DNA of 63,896 nucleotides, the filler included, from Vicugna vicugna (taxonomy: Eukaryota): the NCBI GenBank assembly GCA_013265495.1. It is 71 parts of 69 records of this genome, joined end to end, with 100 filler letters (N's around TTAATTAATTAA, not from the genome) between each part and the next. Parts side by side here need not be neighbours in the genome. Positions count along the whole stretch, not along the records: positions 62,975 to 63,725 come from MU057812.1; positions 63,826 to 63,896 come from MU057858.1; 69 more parts are not named here. One strand, written 5' to 3'. The position numbers and the translations under genes were made by a program. Under the pieces are notes generated by a model. That model ran no database searches. It saw nothing but the letters and a program-made list of their open reading frames with translations, and was not told where the DNA came from. Below, in pieces: positions 62,975 through 63,896 of this stretch (position 1 is its first letter; each line of letters begins with the position of its first letter).

Positions 62975-63725
62975 AACACAAAATTTAGAACATGGAATGC
63001 AGAACACAGAATTTAGTATTTAGAATAAAGAATATTTAATATAAAATTTAGAATACAGAATGTTGAACACAGAGTATAGAATATAGAATACGGAATACTG
63101 AATATAGAATTTAGAATATAGAATGTAGAACAGAAAATAGTATATAGAATACGGAATNNNNNNNNNNNNNNNNNNNNNNNNNNNNNNNNNNNNNNNNNNN
63201 NNNNNNNNNNNNNNNNNNNNNNNNNNNNNNNNNNNNNNNNNNNNNNNNNNNNNNNNNNNNNNNNNNNNNNNNNNNNNNNNNNNNNNNNNNNNNNNNNNNN
63301 NNNNNNNNNNNNNNNNNNNNNNNNNNNNNNNNNNNNNNNNNNNNNNNNNNNNNNNNNNNNNNNNNNNNNNNNNNNNNNNNNNNNNNNNNNNNNNNNNNNN
63401 NNNNNNNNNNNNNNNNNNNNNNNNNNNNNNNNNNNNNNNNNNNNNNNNNNNNNNNNNNNNNNNNNNNNNNNNNNNNNNNNNNNNNNNNNNNNNNNNNNNN
63501 NNNNNNNNNNNNNNNNNNNNNNNNNNNNNNNNNNNNNNNNNNNNNNNNATATAGAATGTAGTCAGCACAAAATATAGAATAGAGAATATAGAACCCAGAA
63601 TTTAGAACATGGAATGTAGAACACAGAATATAGAATACAGAATACGTAATATTGAATTTAGAAAATAGAATGTAGAACAGAGAATATGGAATGTCGAATA
63701 CGGAATGTCTAATATTGAATACAGA
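62975..63725 (+). repeat. Satellite C (gapped)
   Basis: TAGAATA heptamer array. Confidence 0.95.
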
Positions 63726-63825
63726 NNNNNNNNNNNNNNNNNNNNNNNNNNNNNNNNNNNNNNNNNNNNTTAATTAATTAANNNNNNNNNNNNNNNNNNN
63801 NNNNNNNNNNNNNNNNNNNNNNNNN

Positions 63826-63896
63826 AGAATATAGAATGTAGAACACAGAACATAGAATAAGGAATGCATAATACACAATACAGAATATAGAATGCA
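63826..63896 (+). repeat. Satellite C (truncated by the window end)
   Basis: AGAATATAGAATGTAGAACACAGAA. Confidence 0.9.

Noticed and set aside
942..63781. Regularly interspaced palindromic TTAATTAATTAA as a CRISPR-like or other biological array
   Set aside because: It is always embedded in exactly 44+44 N, which marks an assembly linker. There are no cas genes, and the intervening pieces are 0.2-1.6 kb mammalian repeats.

Overview
This is not a contiguous locus. It is part of an artificial 'unplaced sequence' pseudomolecule from a mammalian assembly. About 71 small (0.07-1.6 kb), often internally gapped scaffolds are joined by about 70 identical 100-bp spacers (N44-TTAATTAATTAA-N44, stop codons in all six frames), so adjacency across spacers has no biological meaning and most ORFs in the track are N-run artefacts. 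The host is probably a camelid, because two tRNA-derived SINEs resemble the camelid vic-1 family. About 39 scaffolds are satellite DNA of five classes: A, a homogeneous GC-rich 267-bp monomer; B, diverged ~266-bp subunits related to A, apparently in a higher-order repeat; C, an AT-rich satellite built on a 7-bp TAGAATA unit; D, a ~740-bp trimer of ~247-bp subunits; E, a ~249-bp monomer colinear with the D subunit. The rest are LINE-1, L2, MIR and ERV1-like fragments, unidentified multicopy segments and a few candidate isolated exons. I find no intact protein-coding gene, RNA gene, CRISPR array or new multi-gene system. The most interesting observations concern satellite architecture and relationships. 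Satellite strands are relative: A/B '+' = ...TTAGAACCCA...; C '+' = TAGAATA; D/E '+' = TGAGCATGTGGA.
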